Part shown: in pieces, positions 46,701 to 55,097 of the stretch | How positions within the stretch are numbered: position 1 is the first letter of the stretch | Layout of the letters: every line of letters starts with the position of its first letter | IMG/VR virus record: IMGVR_UViG_3300030118_005363 | Coordinates: 1 to 61,104 of that record | Length of the DNA: 61,104 bases | Reading direction: 5' to 3' (one strand) | Source: a virus | Taxonomy: Duplodnaviria > Caudoviricetes | Program-made: the position numbers and the translations under genes | Notes under the pieces: model-generated | Told to the model about the DNA's origin: nothing | What the model saw: the letters and a program-made list of their open reading frames with translations, nothing else | Database searches by the model: none

Positions 46701-48157
46701 CTCCCGATGAAAGCACCACATTTAGACTGCATGTAATTGACCCAGTATTTGATGAATTACCAAGCGGTTCTTTACCGCCGGAATATGACGCTACAACAGG
46801 ATATGCTTCAAGTGTGCAGATAATCGGCAACGGTATGTATCGTGTGCAAGTGCCGACGCAATACTCATCGGAAGCAAGACACATAACTTTTGATGTGGAT
46901 TATGATTATTTGATGGGAATAGTGCGCAGAATGAATAGCGACATTGAGCCACTTCTACTGCAACAGTCTGAAATAGGAAACAACGGAAACTTATTTGGAA
47001 CAACATATCCCGACATAAACAAAAATGAGCATAGCGCATTTCCATTGGGTATATCCGTTGATGGGTTTGCAGGTGTTCAAGCAGAAGAAATTGTGCGCAG
47101 ATATTATTATGCGCCAAGAATAAAAATCGTTGATGATTTGATTTATCAGCCTGCTACAACACTAACTTTTACTGATACACACATTGATTTGACTTCTGAA
47201 ACGCTACACATCAGCGATATTACTTGGAAAAAGAACCACCAAGAGATTGATACCGTGTCTTTGAATCTTGAGCGCATTGCAAAACATTACAGTTATGGCT
47301 TCGCAGGTCTATTCAAGAGTATTACGGAAGGAGGCGGTAGTCCTAACAAACCACCAAGACCTACACCGCCTCCCCCAACGATACCGCCTGTGCCTGTTGT
47401 GCCTCCTTTAGGCGGCGGTGGTTTCATTAGACCTATTGGTGATTTATTTAGTAAAGCAAGGGGCGCAGACTCAAGCACGCACGGGTTTGCCGGTCTATCA
47501 GCAAACTTACTCGGCTCAAGTGATTATAGGGGATTGAAAGGAAAAGCAAACTTCGCAAACGATGTTGGTTTAGCGACGGGTAGTTTTGGAGTGATAGGTC
47601 AAAATAGACCGTCTGCTTCATTATCTAACGATAGAGATATTGATGGAATCGAATCTTCTATGATGGCGAGCGAAGGAACAAGCACACAAACTGCTGACGG
47701 TTTCATACTCGGCGGTATCATTGACGCAGACGCAGGCGCACAAGGAGAAACGCATAGCAACAGTATCAATGTGCGTGTGCCTAATGATATAAGCGAAGGC
47801 GGGTTTGTTAGCGTTGATGCAGTAGTTACATTCGGTGGCGATACTTCAAGCATTGCAGAATTAGCAACGACAATACTTTGCGCAGAAACAAGCGACCAAT
47901 TCACACAGACTACGAGAATACAAGGAAATACACTCGATGGCGAAACCCTAAGACGCACAGTAAATCTTGTCAATCCAGTCGCTATCAACGGTTCAAATGT
48001 GGCGGGGAATACAATAAAGGTAACAATATCAAGAAGCCCTGCGCAGGGTCAAGATAATGCAGGGTTTTCTTCTGTTGTTATCCATTCAATATCGGTAAAA
48101 ATGCGAAGATACAGTAATAGCGGAAATGCTCAAAGTAATAACTTCAAGCCTTATTGA
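40793..48157 (+). CDS. Giant tail-tip/hub/receptor-binding protein
   Basis: 2454 aa directly after the tape measure; beta-rich, TIDARDSLGTL and ITNVRVYY hub-like segments, Pro-rich linker. Confidence 0.7.
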   Translation: MKTVNFNNTFWLSGYFDDFHKPVGVADDKNSGATRTHDHTITHFGSILGGNNPFNPRFKHSYYDRLRSGSYHDGMTGGFGTGISDKAMIFTTTLDNRLTMNRGIHEWITVDNQNSDGQFTENQTYLFAPNSLCANRQRWNGVGNEGYLRFNNAHDTQGHYYAPTGTIDPYYGGSNVFTPRTNLGFSGANRNHQGGMTRIIQEVPNATQIHTHFAGIYTGEQAQAALDHSLTRPQKYLHNITSPSGQNFMINSLYDDRTATGTKRLLSYDGALRLRGLGEMFHLRIATHKIGDWDFSHYILKIGYKDSTTYDTTADDFADNSCIATLLLTGATLGIGNLDKWDGNTESAYNADEIWTDIFLQFDFNAGVWAAYANDDTTAFQNGLINPSVDMATAKGWSLDAEWLTNGSESCVVLDTLIDRAGVILPLNWRNGGVSFPPPIEALNFTSGIDKVSTLSVCILDDMNEYSLSALTTGSSASEWRLLMMNSDESRVLWSGFIDGVQHSQDKHGNLLKTTIDARDSLGTLDRILPVWETGQNAHTSLNQHISMDAINTKRNFETAQILSTMLFGANQLIVSENTLGFNAFNVGVGGTVDDTFIADPNSRTRKFSGQSIQMYIGEDEYGANEIEKEWEGGNNNFFGLLDVIGLQKVGSNWAIFVEYDPDIDGQPTFANLYDSSATITSHRGIGVGDSIELKGTNGSGAGYDGSYTVSALTVLRRVQRNQGGSTAYRNVNTKKYVVRIDTTTTYNGSADENLEISAVSRHYTNGNTSYSTVLTSTGKQEIDYANNFNDNKTEFPISLTIETSSAHNLEVGDWIMIPNGVSSNVYFCEPFQVIGVISSTKIHTVAPYDAIGASTVGFASLSIPLVKMSVYDANPNAIENRPAKVKPVIYKSSILTNSLLRRYMHRTIHARWLRDLPLSPYFRAQFGVIDAIPHWRTGHKTALQYMFSPNQMDAGIGSVSAGFNEINPDGSVMNWRGLDATYHASNPITPTTTELHFDDPAMWYYIKVNNMEDDGIILELLDKDTLDSQYVIGNVVSNPLGEADLSWDSATDTFTVTGLAGNINKGDIVIHEGFRDFDLNGVFRIHQMQGSTAYRAERVTFEPMIDEFAYVRSKFQGGSQWSAGSAHYFDDPDAIKINTKEIEFTPFYQLFSPNQIPISQTTGTPTVGGKIRYNKIIISGIKGIKKTYDPDRTIVSLRKIDESNGYKHCYVLWADMRNDGTANADGGLRKQDFGMILPTTENYKINVCIADQFDENGNPDVFTSLKIGEEVDLWQFDATAEPYYGVAWSALNGGSDYEPLDDRYHNWKDKGGSFIIIDASRFYNLNTMATGGRSGYSSGGLVDFGDYVLATKGFPYLTDAYYKAGIASYRNTQTINYTTPPTAFVGISAHKNSLYMLNDKTILVSDIALGAQNIDIDDHTLFNTSGTGAIICQTGENRSQEDLIYYFSWTGKTTTATGDRLTGVYITSIPAEQITDIETINTILESEKENLIATSSTVGSRANITLKDPDDETSTGVFKKVLVFNTPSAVFPLRLSVNIEGIIKSKNTGTYYVHDKMRSMFSLSCADTWATNTSLPCVYHIPKTRQMPKEIGSADTDSFGSTFDAKNTTILNMANEIVAKDGNGDTHQTTFNYLMDRDNIMTIRQKIPSGIALNRNNMLNSKMSSRLGSQITNVRVYYNGNSNFVDFPEPVSGTPTRWRTLNYENVFSRDEAMALAKQEFLRERDAQVSISAEILLTGTQKSKMLDGGRYGYVQDAFIRNYHYDRFSNASWTNIFGGFRYSGIQDYRHSNNVRFKHNTNPAEILLQAKDNYPSDPTGILGKTVITDPSAFDFSANGIHIRKSKFGFESTFDIGSAGQVRYGSGLLGTLQAGFNSIPNAGDTDRLTIFCDAGFTPPPTNQNGVSIIHVDTFGRSRGYPTYATKSLSQCVKVMYVEKDMPYVSETTGNELRLGITIDGGKTSPTSGFAQQPPDESTTFRLHVIDPVFDELPSGSLPPEYDATTGYASSVQIIGNGMYRVQVPTQYSSEARHITFDVDYDYLMGIVRRMNSDIEPLLLQQSEIGNNGNLFGTTYPDINKNEHSAFPLGISVDGFAGVQAEEIVRRYYYAPRIKIVDDLIYQPATTLTFTDTHIDLTSETLHISDITWKKNHQEIDTVSLNLERIAKHYSYGFAGLFKSITEGGGSPNKPPRPTPPPPTIPPVPVVPPLGGGGFIRPIGDLFSKARGADSSTHGFAGLSANLLGSSDYRGLKGKANFANDVGLATGSFGVIGQNRPSASLSNDRDIDGIESSMMASEGTSTQTADGFILGGIIDADAGAQGETHSNSINVRVPNDISEGGFVSVDAVVTFGGDTSSIAELATTILCAETSDQFTQTTRIQGNTLDGETLRRTVNLVNPVAINGSNVAGNTIKVTISRSPAQGQDNAGFSSVVIHSISVKMRRYSNSGNAQSNNFKPY

Positions 48158-48161
48158 AGTG

Positions 48162-48234
48162 GTGCGGGAGAGCAGATGAGGAAAAGAAGCAAAAGAACCA
48201 AAACACATTTAGAATTGAGGTTGCTCTCCCGCAC
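48162..48234. other. 13-bp perfect inverted repeat at the convergence of the late and replication operons
   Basis: GTGCGGGAGAGCA (48162-48174) / TGCTCTCCCGCAC (48222-48234), 47-nt loop. Confidence 0.75.
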
Positions 48235-48258
48235 GCAATCTATCCTTGCTTAAACTCT

Positions 48259-48963
48259 CTAATAAACCCACTGCTTGCGTAAGTCTTTCAATCGTCGTGC
48301 TATTGTTCTACCCACACCCTTAATCTTCATCAAATCCTTCTGTGTAGTCTTTGCCTTGAGCAATTCCGGTAGCGAACCATACTGCTTCATTATATCAATT
48401 GCAATCGGTTCTGTAATTCCTTGAATAGAACAAAGCGCACGCAGTCGTGGGTCATCGGGAGGTTGATTTTTAGGCACTGGTCTAAATTTACCACGCATTG
48501 CGCTGTTCATATTGAGAATAGCAAGCCATTCAACAAACTCATCCATGTCACTAAACTCGATTAGGCGAACCTTTGGGAATTGAGAGTATAGTGTCATCTT
48601 AAATGACTTGATGACTCTTTGTTGGCGCAATACTTCTCTTGCCACTTCCTGTCTTTTCGGTTTGCGCCCTTTGAAATAAGGTTTGAGTGTAGTGTTATAC
48701 ACTGCAAGTATGGGGTATTCAACCGCTTCGCATAATTCTGCTAACTGATGTTTGATTGTGCGCCCATTACGCCCGATGCCGAGAATGCTACGGTATAAAT
48801 CGTTGATTTCTTTAGCCTCTATTCCGTAATCGCCTATGATGTAATCACCTGTGCGCAGTCTTTTGACTACACACTGCCCCTTCGGGTCTGTTTTGCGATT
48901 TCCTACTTTGACAAACAAACGATGAAGAAGTTTTTCGTTCTCCCTGTCGTCTGCCGTTATCAT
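48259..48963 (-). CDS. ERCC4/XPF-family nuclease with helix-hairpin-helix domain
   Basis: ADDRE, TGDYII, IEAKEINDL, IQGIT and IKGVGRTIA HhH motifs. Confidence 0.85.
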   Translation of the reverse strand: MITADDRENEKLLHRLFVKVGNRKTDPKGQCVVKRLRTGDYIIGDYGIEAKEINDLYRSILGIGRNGRTIKHQLAELCEAVEYPILAVYNTTLKPYFKGRKPKRQEVAREVLRQQRVIKSFKMTLYSQFPKVRLIEFSDMDEFVEWLAILNMNSAMRGKFRPVPKNQPPDDPRLRALCSIQGITEPIAIDIMKQYGSLPELLKAKTTQKDLMKIKGVGRTIARRLKDLRKQWVY

Positions 48964-49003
48964 CGGCTACCTTGTGCGCAGAACGGGTATTTAAGCAGGG
49001 GTT

Positions 49004-49207
49004 TCAGTAAAGTGGACTTTCTGCTAAAGGTTCGTTCAAAACCCAACGCAAACTTTTGATTACACCACGCAAAGCGTTATAGTTTCTTATCGCCCTGCGC
49101 ATTTCTGTTTGGTCTGCGTAACTTCTATCAGTCAAAATTTGAAGCCATCTATCTCTTAACTTAGATGCTTCTTTCAGCATATCTCGTATTTCGTTATCAT
49201 CTTTCAC
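49004..49207 (-). CDS. Small helical protein
   Basis: GTG-started KDDNEIRDML...LRWVL, overlapping the primase stop. Confidence 0.5.
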   Translation of the reverse strand: MKDDNEIRDMLKEASKLRDRWLQILTDRSYADQTEMRRAIRNYNALRGVIKSLRWVLNEPLAESPLY

Positions 49208-50198
49208 AGAACCAACACCCTTTACCGTTGCACAAGTTATGTTTTTTATACCATAGTGGGGAAGGCGCATGTTCGTATTTGCGCACTGCACCCGCTACAT
49301 ACTTTCTTGTTATCGCCTCGTTGTAGTCTTGCCAATCAAGACCTTCTATGAACAAGCATATTTGGTCTGTTATTTCATGGTTTTCTTCGTCTGACAATGC
49401 AGAAGGTGATGCGTAAAACGCTAACTGTCTGCGCATTTCTTGAACAAGTGCTACTCGGACATGATGTGGTGGGTTGCTAACTTGTATCGCTCTTTCAAGA
49501 CAAGTCGGTAGTGCGCAGACACCATCAACAACACCCATTGATTTGCCTTCACCAACAAACGCAGTCTGTTTGCGCACAGGCATTGGATTGTCTTTAGCCC
49601 ACTTTACCAAATCAAAGCAATCATTTTCCGCAAAAGTGCCTTGAAACGGACACAAATGTTTGTATTCCGGTAATGGTTTTACAGGAATAGGAAAATCGAA
49701 AGGGTTGTCTGCAAACTCTTGCGCAGGGATTGAAACCGCCCACCTACCACGCTTGGGGTTGTATGTTCCCGATACTCTTGTTAGTTTTTCGGGATAACCG
49801 ACTCCATCAAGACTACTCAATCCTTCTGCCATCTTCCTTTGGTAACGGTCAAGATGTAAAGCCCATTCTCGGCCTCTTACGGGGCGTTTGAAGCATTGGT
49901 GGATATGAAACCCCCTGCCAGTCGCTACAAGCCTCACAACGCCGCTTAAACGATGAATTAGAGCAGAAACATCGGCCTTTACTTCTTCCATAGTGAAATC
50001 GTCGTTCATATCGAAATCCCACCATGCTCTATCCATGACGGCAGAATCGTAATTTCCTGCTTCATCAAAAGAAAATAGCGAAGTGTAAATCGAAGTCTTG
50101 CCGTTTAGTCTGCGCACATACTCAACAAAGTCTTGCATGTTATAACAAAAGGTTCTTTTCAAACCCACTTGTCGAGGGAAGTGTAGCATACAAATCAA
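49197..50198 (-). CDS. Archaeo-eukaryotic primase (PriS with fused PriL-CTD-like domain)
   Basis: WWDFD, TGRGFHIH, RVSGTYN; C-terminal LPTC...HHVR...WQDYNEAITR...CNGKGC. Confidence 0.8.
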   Translation of the reverse strand: MICMLHFPRQVGLKRTFCYNMQDFVEYVRRLNGKTSIYTSLFSFDEAGNYDSAVMDRAWWDFDMNDDFTMEEVKADVSALIHRLSGVVRLVATGRGFHIHQCFKRPVRGREWALHLDRYQRKMAEGLSSLDGVGYPEKLTRVSGTYNPKRGRWAVSIPAQEFADNPFDFPIPVKPLPEYKHLCPFQGTFAENDCFDLVKWAKDNPMPVRKQTAFVGEGKSMGVVDGVCALPTCLERAIQVSNPPHHVRVALVQEMRRQLAFYASPSALSDEENHEITDQICLFIEGLDWQDYNEAITRKYVAGAVRKYEHAPSPLWYKKHNLCNGKGCWFCER

Positions 50199-50204
50199 CC
50201 GAAA

Positions 50205-50363
50205 TTAACTGTCCTTAATAACCTCACGGTGGCCGCAAAACTTGCATATAGCGATTCTCTCATTTCCAGTTTCAATGTCACCAGTCAATAGAATCATAGG
50301 TTTGCCTTGCTCGTTACTAACTGTCATTTCACCATCACATTCTGCGCAAATAATCATAACCAT
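50205..50363 (-). CDS. Small zinc-ribbon protein (not in ORF track)
   Basis: MVMIICAEC...ICKFCGHREV. Confidence 0.55.
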   Translation of the reverse strand: MVMIICAECDGEMTVSNEQGKPMILLTGDIETGNERIAICKFCGHREVIKDS

Positions 50364-51205
50364 TCAGCCTCCGAATCAATACCATACTCTTTTTTTACTT
50401 CAAGTATTCTTTTCTGCGCAATAGATATGTATTTCTCGTTTAACTCGCAGATAATACTCTTTCTCCCGTTCATCATAGCAACAACGGCAGTCGTTCCAGA
50501 ACCACCAAAGGGGTCTATCACAGTGCCTCCAAACGGACAACCTGCAAGGACACAAGGCTCAATCAATTCGGGAGGGAATACTGCGAAGTGTGCTTCGGGG
50601 TATGCTTTAGTGGCGACAGACCAAACACTGCGCTTTCTGCGCAAATCAAAAGAAAAATTCTTACTTCTTTTGAACAAATCATTGTCGTTTCTATCACCGT
50701 TAATACCGTTTGACCTTGAGCCATTTTGATAATTTTTCCGATTAGGGTTAGCAACGGGTTCTTGAATCGCCTCCCAATCAAAATAATACTTTGTCTTTTT
50801 GCTCAAAAGGAAAATATGCTCATGGGATTGAACGCACCTATCCTTTACGGGTTCGGGCATACATGCGGTTTTGTTCCAAATTATATCTTGTCTTACCAAC
50901 CAACCGTCTTTTTGTAGCGCAATAGCAAGTTTGTGAGGTATCATAAGAAGTTTTTTGTTTTTGTATGTATCGCCTATGTTCAGCCAAACAGTGCCGTTGT
51001 CTTTGAGTATTCTGCGCACTTCTCTAAATATCTCAACCATCTTTTCAATATATTCTTCGGGGGTTTCTTCTGCGCCGATTTGACCCTCAATGCCGTAATC
51101 TCTCAAAGAATAATAAGGCGGCGATGTTATGCAACACTGAACATGCTTATCGGGCATCTTCTTCATCAAATCTAAACAATCACCTTCAAGAATTTGATTC
51201 ACCAT
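50354..51205 (-). CDS. DNA methyltransferase, N4-cytosine/N6-adenine beta class
   Basis: TSPPY catalytic motif, HFAVFPPEL, DPFGGSGTT SAM-binding motif. Confidence 0.92.
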   Translation of the reverse strand: MVNQILEGDCLDLMKKMPDKHVQCCITSPPYYSLRDYGIEGQIGAEETPEEYIEKMVEIFREVRRILKDNGTVWLNIGDTYKNKKLLMIPHKLAIALQKDGWLVRQDIIWNKTACMPEPVKDRCVQSHEHIFLLSKKTKYYFDWEAIQEPVANPNRKNYQNGSRSNGINGDRNDNDLFKRSKNFSFDLRRKRSVWSVATKAYPEAHFAVFPPELIEPCVLAGCPFGGTVIDPFGGSGTTAVVAMMNGRKSIICELNEKYISIAQKRILEVKKEYGIDSEAEWL

Positions 51206-52050
51206 TCAACCCCCGTCAATTCTGCTTCACACTGCGCCGCAAAGTCGCACCATTGAGGGCAAAAATAATCAGACCATGACATAGGACTTTGATGCGCCTT
51301 CAACCCCTCGACTGCTTTATCAAGTGCCTTTAGAAATGCGTTATGACTGCGCTGATTAACCTTTTCCACAATAAGTATTCCCTTTTCTTTACCAAGCATA
51401 ACTTGCCTCTTGGAGTCATTGACCATTTTCATTACAAAATCTAAGTTATCACAGTCCGGCGCAAGATAAGCGAAGTGCGTGATTGGTCGAGTTTCACCCA
51501 TCAATCTAAGCATGTGCGCATAATAGCATAACTCCCTGCGTGTGCGAGATAATTTACCATCATTCATGTTTCCTGTTTTTAACTCATAAATACAAAGACC
51601 GCCTTCGGGGTGTTCAAGCACTGCATCAATCAAACCAACAAGAACAACATCACGCTCGGCATCATACACCGCACGATATTCTTCATACTCTATCGGTTTA
51701 AAGTTTTCAAGACCCCATAAATCAATCCGTTGTTGCTCAAGATTTACTAACTCATCTATCCCTTCTTCGTGGACTTCAACGGGAATCAACGGCGCAAGTG
51801 TGCTTTGTCCTTCCCAGTTATCATAAAGAACTTCAAGCCCAGTATGTATTCTTGAACCTCTTTCCATTTCGGGAGTAGCAGGCATTCTCATATCTTTGAG
51901 GATAACCTTCTGATACCAAAACTGTCTTGCGCACTTTGAATATGTCATAAAAGACGACTTACTCAATTTGAGTATCTTGCCTTCTTCTGTCGGGTCATAA
52001 CTTGAATTGGCTTTCAATTCTTCAATTGACATTTCGGAAGGGTCTTTCAT
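51199..52050 (-). CDS. Cas4-like PD-(D/E)XK nuclease
   Basis: SKSSFMTYSKC, GSRIH, GLID, ELKTG, CPQWCDFAAQC (four Cys, Fe-S type). Confidence 0.8.
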   Translation of the reverse strand: MKDPSEMSIEELKANSSYDPTEEGKILKLSKSSFMTYSKCARQFWYQKVILKDMRMPATPEMERGSRIHTGLEVLYDNWEGQSTLAPLIPVEVHEEGIDELVNLEQQRIDLWGLENFKPIEYEEYRAVYDAERDVVLVGLIDAVLEHPEGGLCIYELKTGNMNDGKLSRTRRELCYYAHMLRLMGETRPITHFAYLAPDCDNLDFVMKMVNDSKRQVMLGKEKGILIVEKVNQRSHNAFLKALDKAVEGLKAHQSPMSWSDYFCPQWCDFAAQCEAELTGVEW

Positions 52051-52331
52051 TCTTCTTCGCCACCTGCTATGTCTTTTTGACAAGCGGGGCAAATAGTTGG
52101 TATTTCAATCCCTTCAAGCAAAGGAGTATTCACTGTAAATTCACAATGCACGCATGTTTTAGAGTCAAGCATACCTTGCTTGTCAAGCATACGGATAACT
52201 ACCATATTGAGTTTATCTATTTCGTGAAAACATACCCTAAGCATTTGATTCTGTTGCTCAATCATTTCATTTTGAGCATCAACCAAATTTTTGATTTGCT
52301 TCGTTGTCGGCTTCTTAGCATCTCTCGCCAT
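52047..52331 (-). CDS. Coiled-coil plus zinc-ribbon protein
   Basis: CVHC...CPAC; TATA at 52356-52361, 25 nt upstream of ATG 52331. Confidence 0.6.
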   Translation of the reverse strand: MARDAKKPTTKQIKNLVDAQNEMIEQQNQMLRVCFHEIDKLNMVVIRMLDKQGMLDSKTCVHCEFTVNTPLLEGIEIPTICPACQKDIAGGEEE

Positions 52332-52369
52332 AAATATACCACGCATACTTCTTCCTATAAACCCATTGC

Positions 52370-54601
52370 TCACAGCCATTGCATAGTGTCTGCGCCGTTG
52401 AGGGCATTTTCAAGAGTAATGACATTCCAACCCATGACCTCATAGTAAGGTAAAACTTTATTGTAAATGAACCGTTCAGCGATATGACGATAGCCGATTT
52501 GCGCAATGCCTTCGATTTCCGAAGGGTCATCAAATGCAATATATGCGCCGTTATCATCAAGTGTCGTCAAGAAGTAGTCGTCTTTGCGGTAGCCTTTTCC
52601 TAAGTGGGTGTTAGCCCAATGCGCACCTGCTCTCGCTTCTCCGAGAGTAGTGTATTGGTTTAGATTTTTACTTAACTTTGCCTTGATGCACAAATCTGCA
52701 ATCGGAATTTGTTTGCGCACAACACTGCGCAGTAAATCTTCAATTGAAGAAGTGATTTCGCTTTCAGTTTTATGTTGCAAAATTCCTGTAATCACGGAAG
52801 ATAGCGCAGTCTTACAAGCCTTCGGTAATCTGCCCTGCTTCATTTCAATGCCCTTGACATAGATTTGCGCAGGATGGAAAACACCATCAGTCCATGACAC
52901 ACTGCCTGCGTAGCGGTTCTTAGCCATGATTAGGAAAGTATCACACCACTTTTCAAACTCGGTTTCGATAGGACTCATGCGCTGATTAACTACGCCTAAT
53001 AATTGAAGTCCTTTTTCGGGAGAATCAACATCGCACATGATAGAATCGGTGTGTCCGTAGCGCACTGTGCAACCTAACTCATTTGCAATATCACGCAGTC
53101 TGAAAAGTGTTTGGCGGGAAGTGTATGTTATTGCCGCCGCAATATCGGGATGATAGAAGCCACACTTTGAGTCACCTGCTACCCCATACATAGATGCGAC
53201 AAGGGATTTTGTTGCGTATTGTAATGCGTCATACCTCTTGCGCTCTTTTTCTGTCGGCGCAGATTTCATCTGTTCCTTGTATTTGTTGCGCAGAACAGTC
53301 ATGTTATCCATCTGTCTGCCAAGCAAACCAGTTTTGTGTTTATGGAACATGACACCGTTGCCGCAATCAAAGCCTCCGCCGAGAGTAGTCCAACAAATGT
53401 TATGCAGTTTCACATTACTGTGATACATCGCTTTAATATCCATGATTCCTATGTTTCTATACACACCAACAACGGGGTCTTGAATATCTGCGCCTGTGTA
53501 GTCCACCTTCTCAAACTGTGGCTTGCTTGGTATTTGTTGGTGAAACTCTCTATCACGCAATGCGAGAATCGGAAAAATCTTGCTAACATAAGGCGTAGTG
53601 CGTATGTCACACTGAACAATGTGCTGAATCGCAGTGAAATAGTCAAGTGCGCCAACCAAGTCATCTAATTTAGGCAAAAGGCGCACATCTTGCATTGCGT
53701 AGTCAAGATATGTTCCGAAGTCGTTGTAATAAGTGTCGTGTCCGTCTTTTAACTCAACCTTTGTTTCACCCAAACAATATTCTGAAACTGCGCCTAATCC
53801 CATCGAAGGCAATTGTCCGTTCTTCAAAGTCCATAACTTCTTGAAAGCAATCATCAAATCTATTGTGTTGTAGCCTGCAATCGGTTGCGCCCATTCCCCG
53901 AAGTCATAGCGCACTTTGCGCATAGGGGATAAAGAGCGAATATCAAGTTTATTTGCTTTGAAACGCTTGAACAATTGTTGGCAGTCTGCATTGACTACAT
54001 TCCAACCTGTCAGTATGTCGGGGTCTTTTCTGCGCATAAACTGGGCGAAGTATTGTAGCAATGACTTTTCATCTTTGAACATTTTAATTGGTCTTTCGCC
54101 TTTGCATATCTGCAACCCTTCGGGGTGTTCTTTACATTCAACATGGTCGTAAAGACCACTTTCATATTCGGGGTGATGCGCCAATACAAACTCGCCTTCA
54201 AAGGAATCATGTATGACGATGATTGTTATTTCGCCACTTTCGGTTTTCCATTCCATGTCAAAGAACCATGTCCTGTGTTCATACATCGGGATATTGACAT
54301 TGTGTTCAACAAGAACCCTGTTAGTATGCGCAATGTTAGCCTCCCATGTGCGCATCTTTTTTGCGGTGGCTGAAAGGTCGTCGGTAGTTTGGAAAACAAC
54401 CCTGCGTAGTTTCTCTCCGTAAAGTCCTTCATAACCCTCATCGGGCAACACTGCGAAGGGAGGGGTCAATTTACCTATGTCACTTTCCTCAACATAACAA
54501 AAAGGACTGCAAGAGTATTTGCTTTCGGCACGCTTGCCATCTGCGGTTCGCCATCGAACCACTATGTCATTCTTCTTCGCTCTTTCCACTATCAAAGTCA
54601 A
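52370..54601 (-). CDS. polB: Family B DNA polymerase
   Basis: Exonuclease motifs FDME, GWNVVNAD, YAMQD; polymerase motifs DIKAMYHS, KSLVASMYG, YGHTDS, KNRY, KGIE. Confidence 0.93.
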   Translation of the reverse strand: MTLIVERAKKNDIVVRWRTADGKRAESKYSCSPFCYVEESDIGKLTPPFAVLPDEGYEGLYGEKLRRVVFQTTDDLSATAKKMRTWEANIAHTNRVLVEHNVNIPMYEHRTWFFDMEWKTESGEITIIVIHDSFEGEFVLAHHPEYESGLYDHVECKEHPEGLQICKGERPIKMFKDEKSLLQYFAQFMRRKDPDILTGWNVVNADCQQLFKRFKANKLDIRSLSPMRKVRYDFGEWAQPIAGYNTIDLMIAFKKLWTLKNGQLPSMGLGAVSEYCLGETKVELKDGHDTYYNDFGTYLDYAMQDVRLLPKLDDLVGALDYFTAIQHIVQCDIRTTPYVSKIFPILALRDREFHQQIPSKPQFEKVDYTGADIQDPVVGVYRNIGIMDIKAMYHSNVKLHNICWTTLGGGFDCGNGVMFHKHKTGLLGRQMDNMTVLRNKYKEQMKSAPTEKERKRYDALQYATKSLVASMYGVAGDSKCGFYHPDIAAAITYTSRQTLFRLRDIANELGCTVRYGHTDSIMCDVDSPEKGLQLLGVVNQRMSPIETEFEKWCDTFLIMAKNRYAGSVSWTDGVFHPAQIYVKGIEMKQGRLPKACKTALSSVITGILQHKTESEITSSIEDLLRSVVRKQIPIADLCIKAKLSKNLNQYTTLGEARAGAHWANTHLGKGYRKDDYFLTTLDDNGAYIAFDDPSEIEGIAQIGYRHIAERFIYNKVLPYYEVMGWNVITLENALNGADTMQWL

Positions 54602-55097
54602 GCCTCCAAATATTATGATGTGCTATGTCGTTATAAACCCATTTATGCAGACAGTCTTTTACATCATCAAAGGACTTGACTTTCTTGTAGCCAAGAGAGG
54701 CAACAACGCTTTCAAGGCGAGTCATCTTGATATTTTCCAAAGGGTTTAGAATTGCTATTTTTGGAATAGGTAGTAAAGATTGATTTCTTTCACGCAACAA
54801 GTGCTTGTGTAGTCCTTTACTGCGCCATTCTTTGCGCACATAGGTATTACCAACAAACACGCAGTCGCCAATCACCAATGAGCCTGTGTATGCTATGGCT
54901 TGATTATCCTTCGATGTATCAATCAGAACCCAAAACTCCATGTCGTCATAGAAAGCGGGGTAGCCTTTTTCCGATGCTCTTTGCAACGGTGAACCCCATA
55001 GAACCTCAAGCGATTCGTGCTTATCTACAACAACAGTGTTAATCATCTTTTGCGCCCACCAGTATTTCTTGTTTCTATACCGTGAGTCTTTAGCCAT
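54567..55097 (-). CDS. GNAT-family acetyltransferase
   Basis: YVRKEWRSKGLHKHLL acetyl-CoA motif A; SLGY motif B. Confidence 0.65.
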   Translation of the reverse strand: MAKDSRYRNKKYWWAQKMINTVVVDKHESLEVLWGSPLQRASEKGYPAFYDDMEFWVLIDTSKDNQAIAYTGSLVIGDCVFVGNTYVRKEWRSKGLHKHLLRERNQSLLPIPKIAILNPLENIKMTRLESVVASLGYKKVKSFDDVKDCLHKWVYNDIAHHNIWRLDFDSGKSEEE

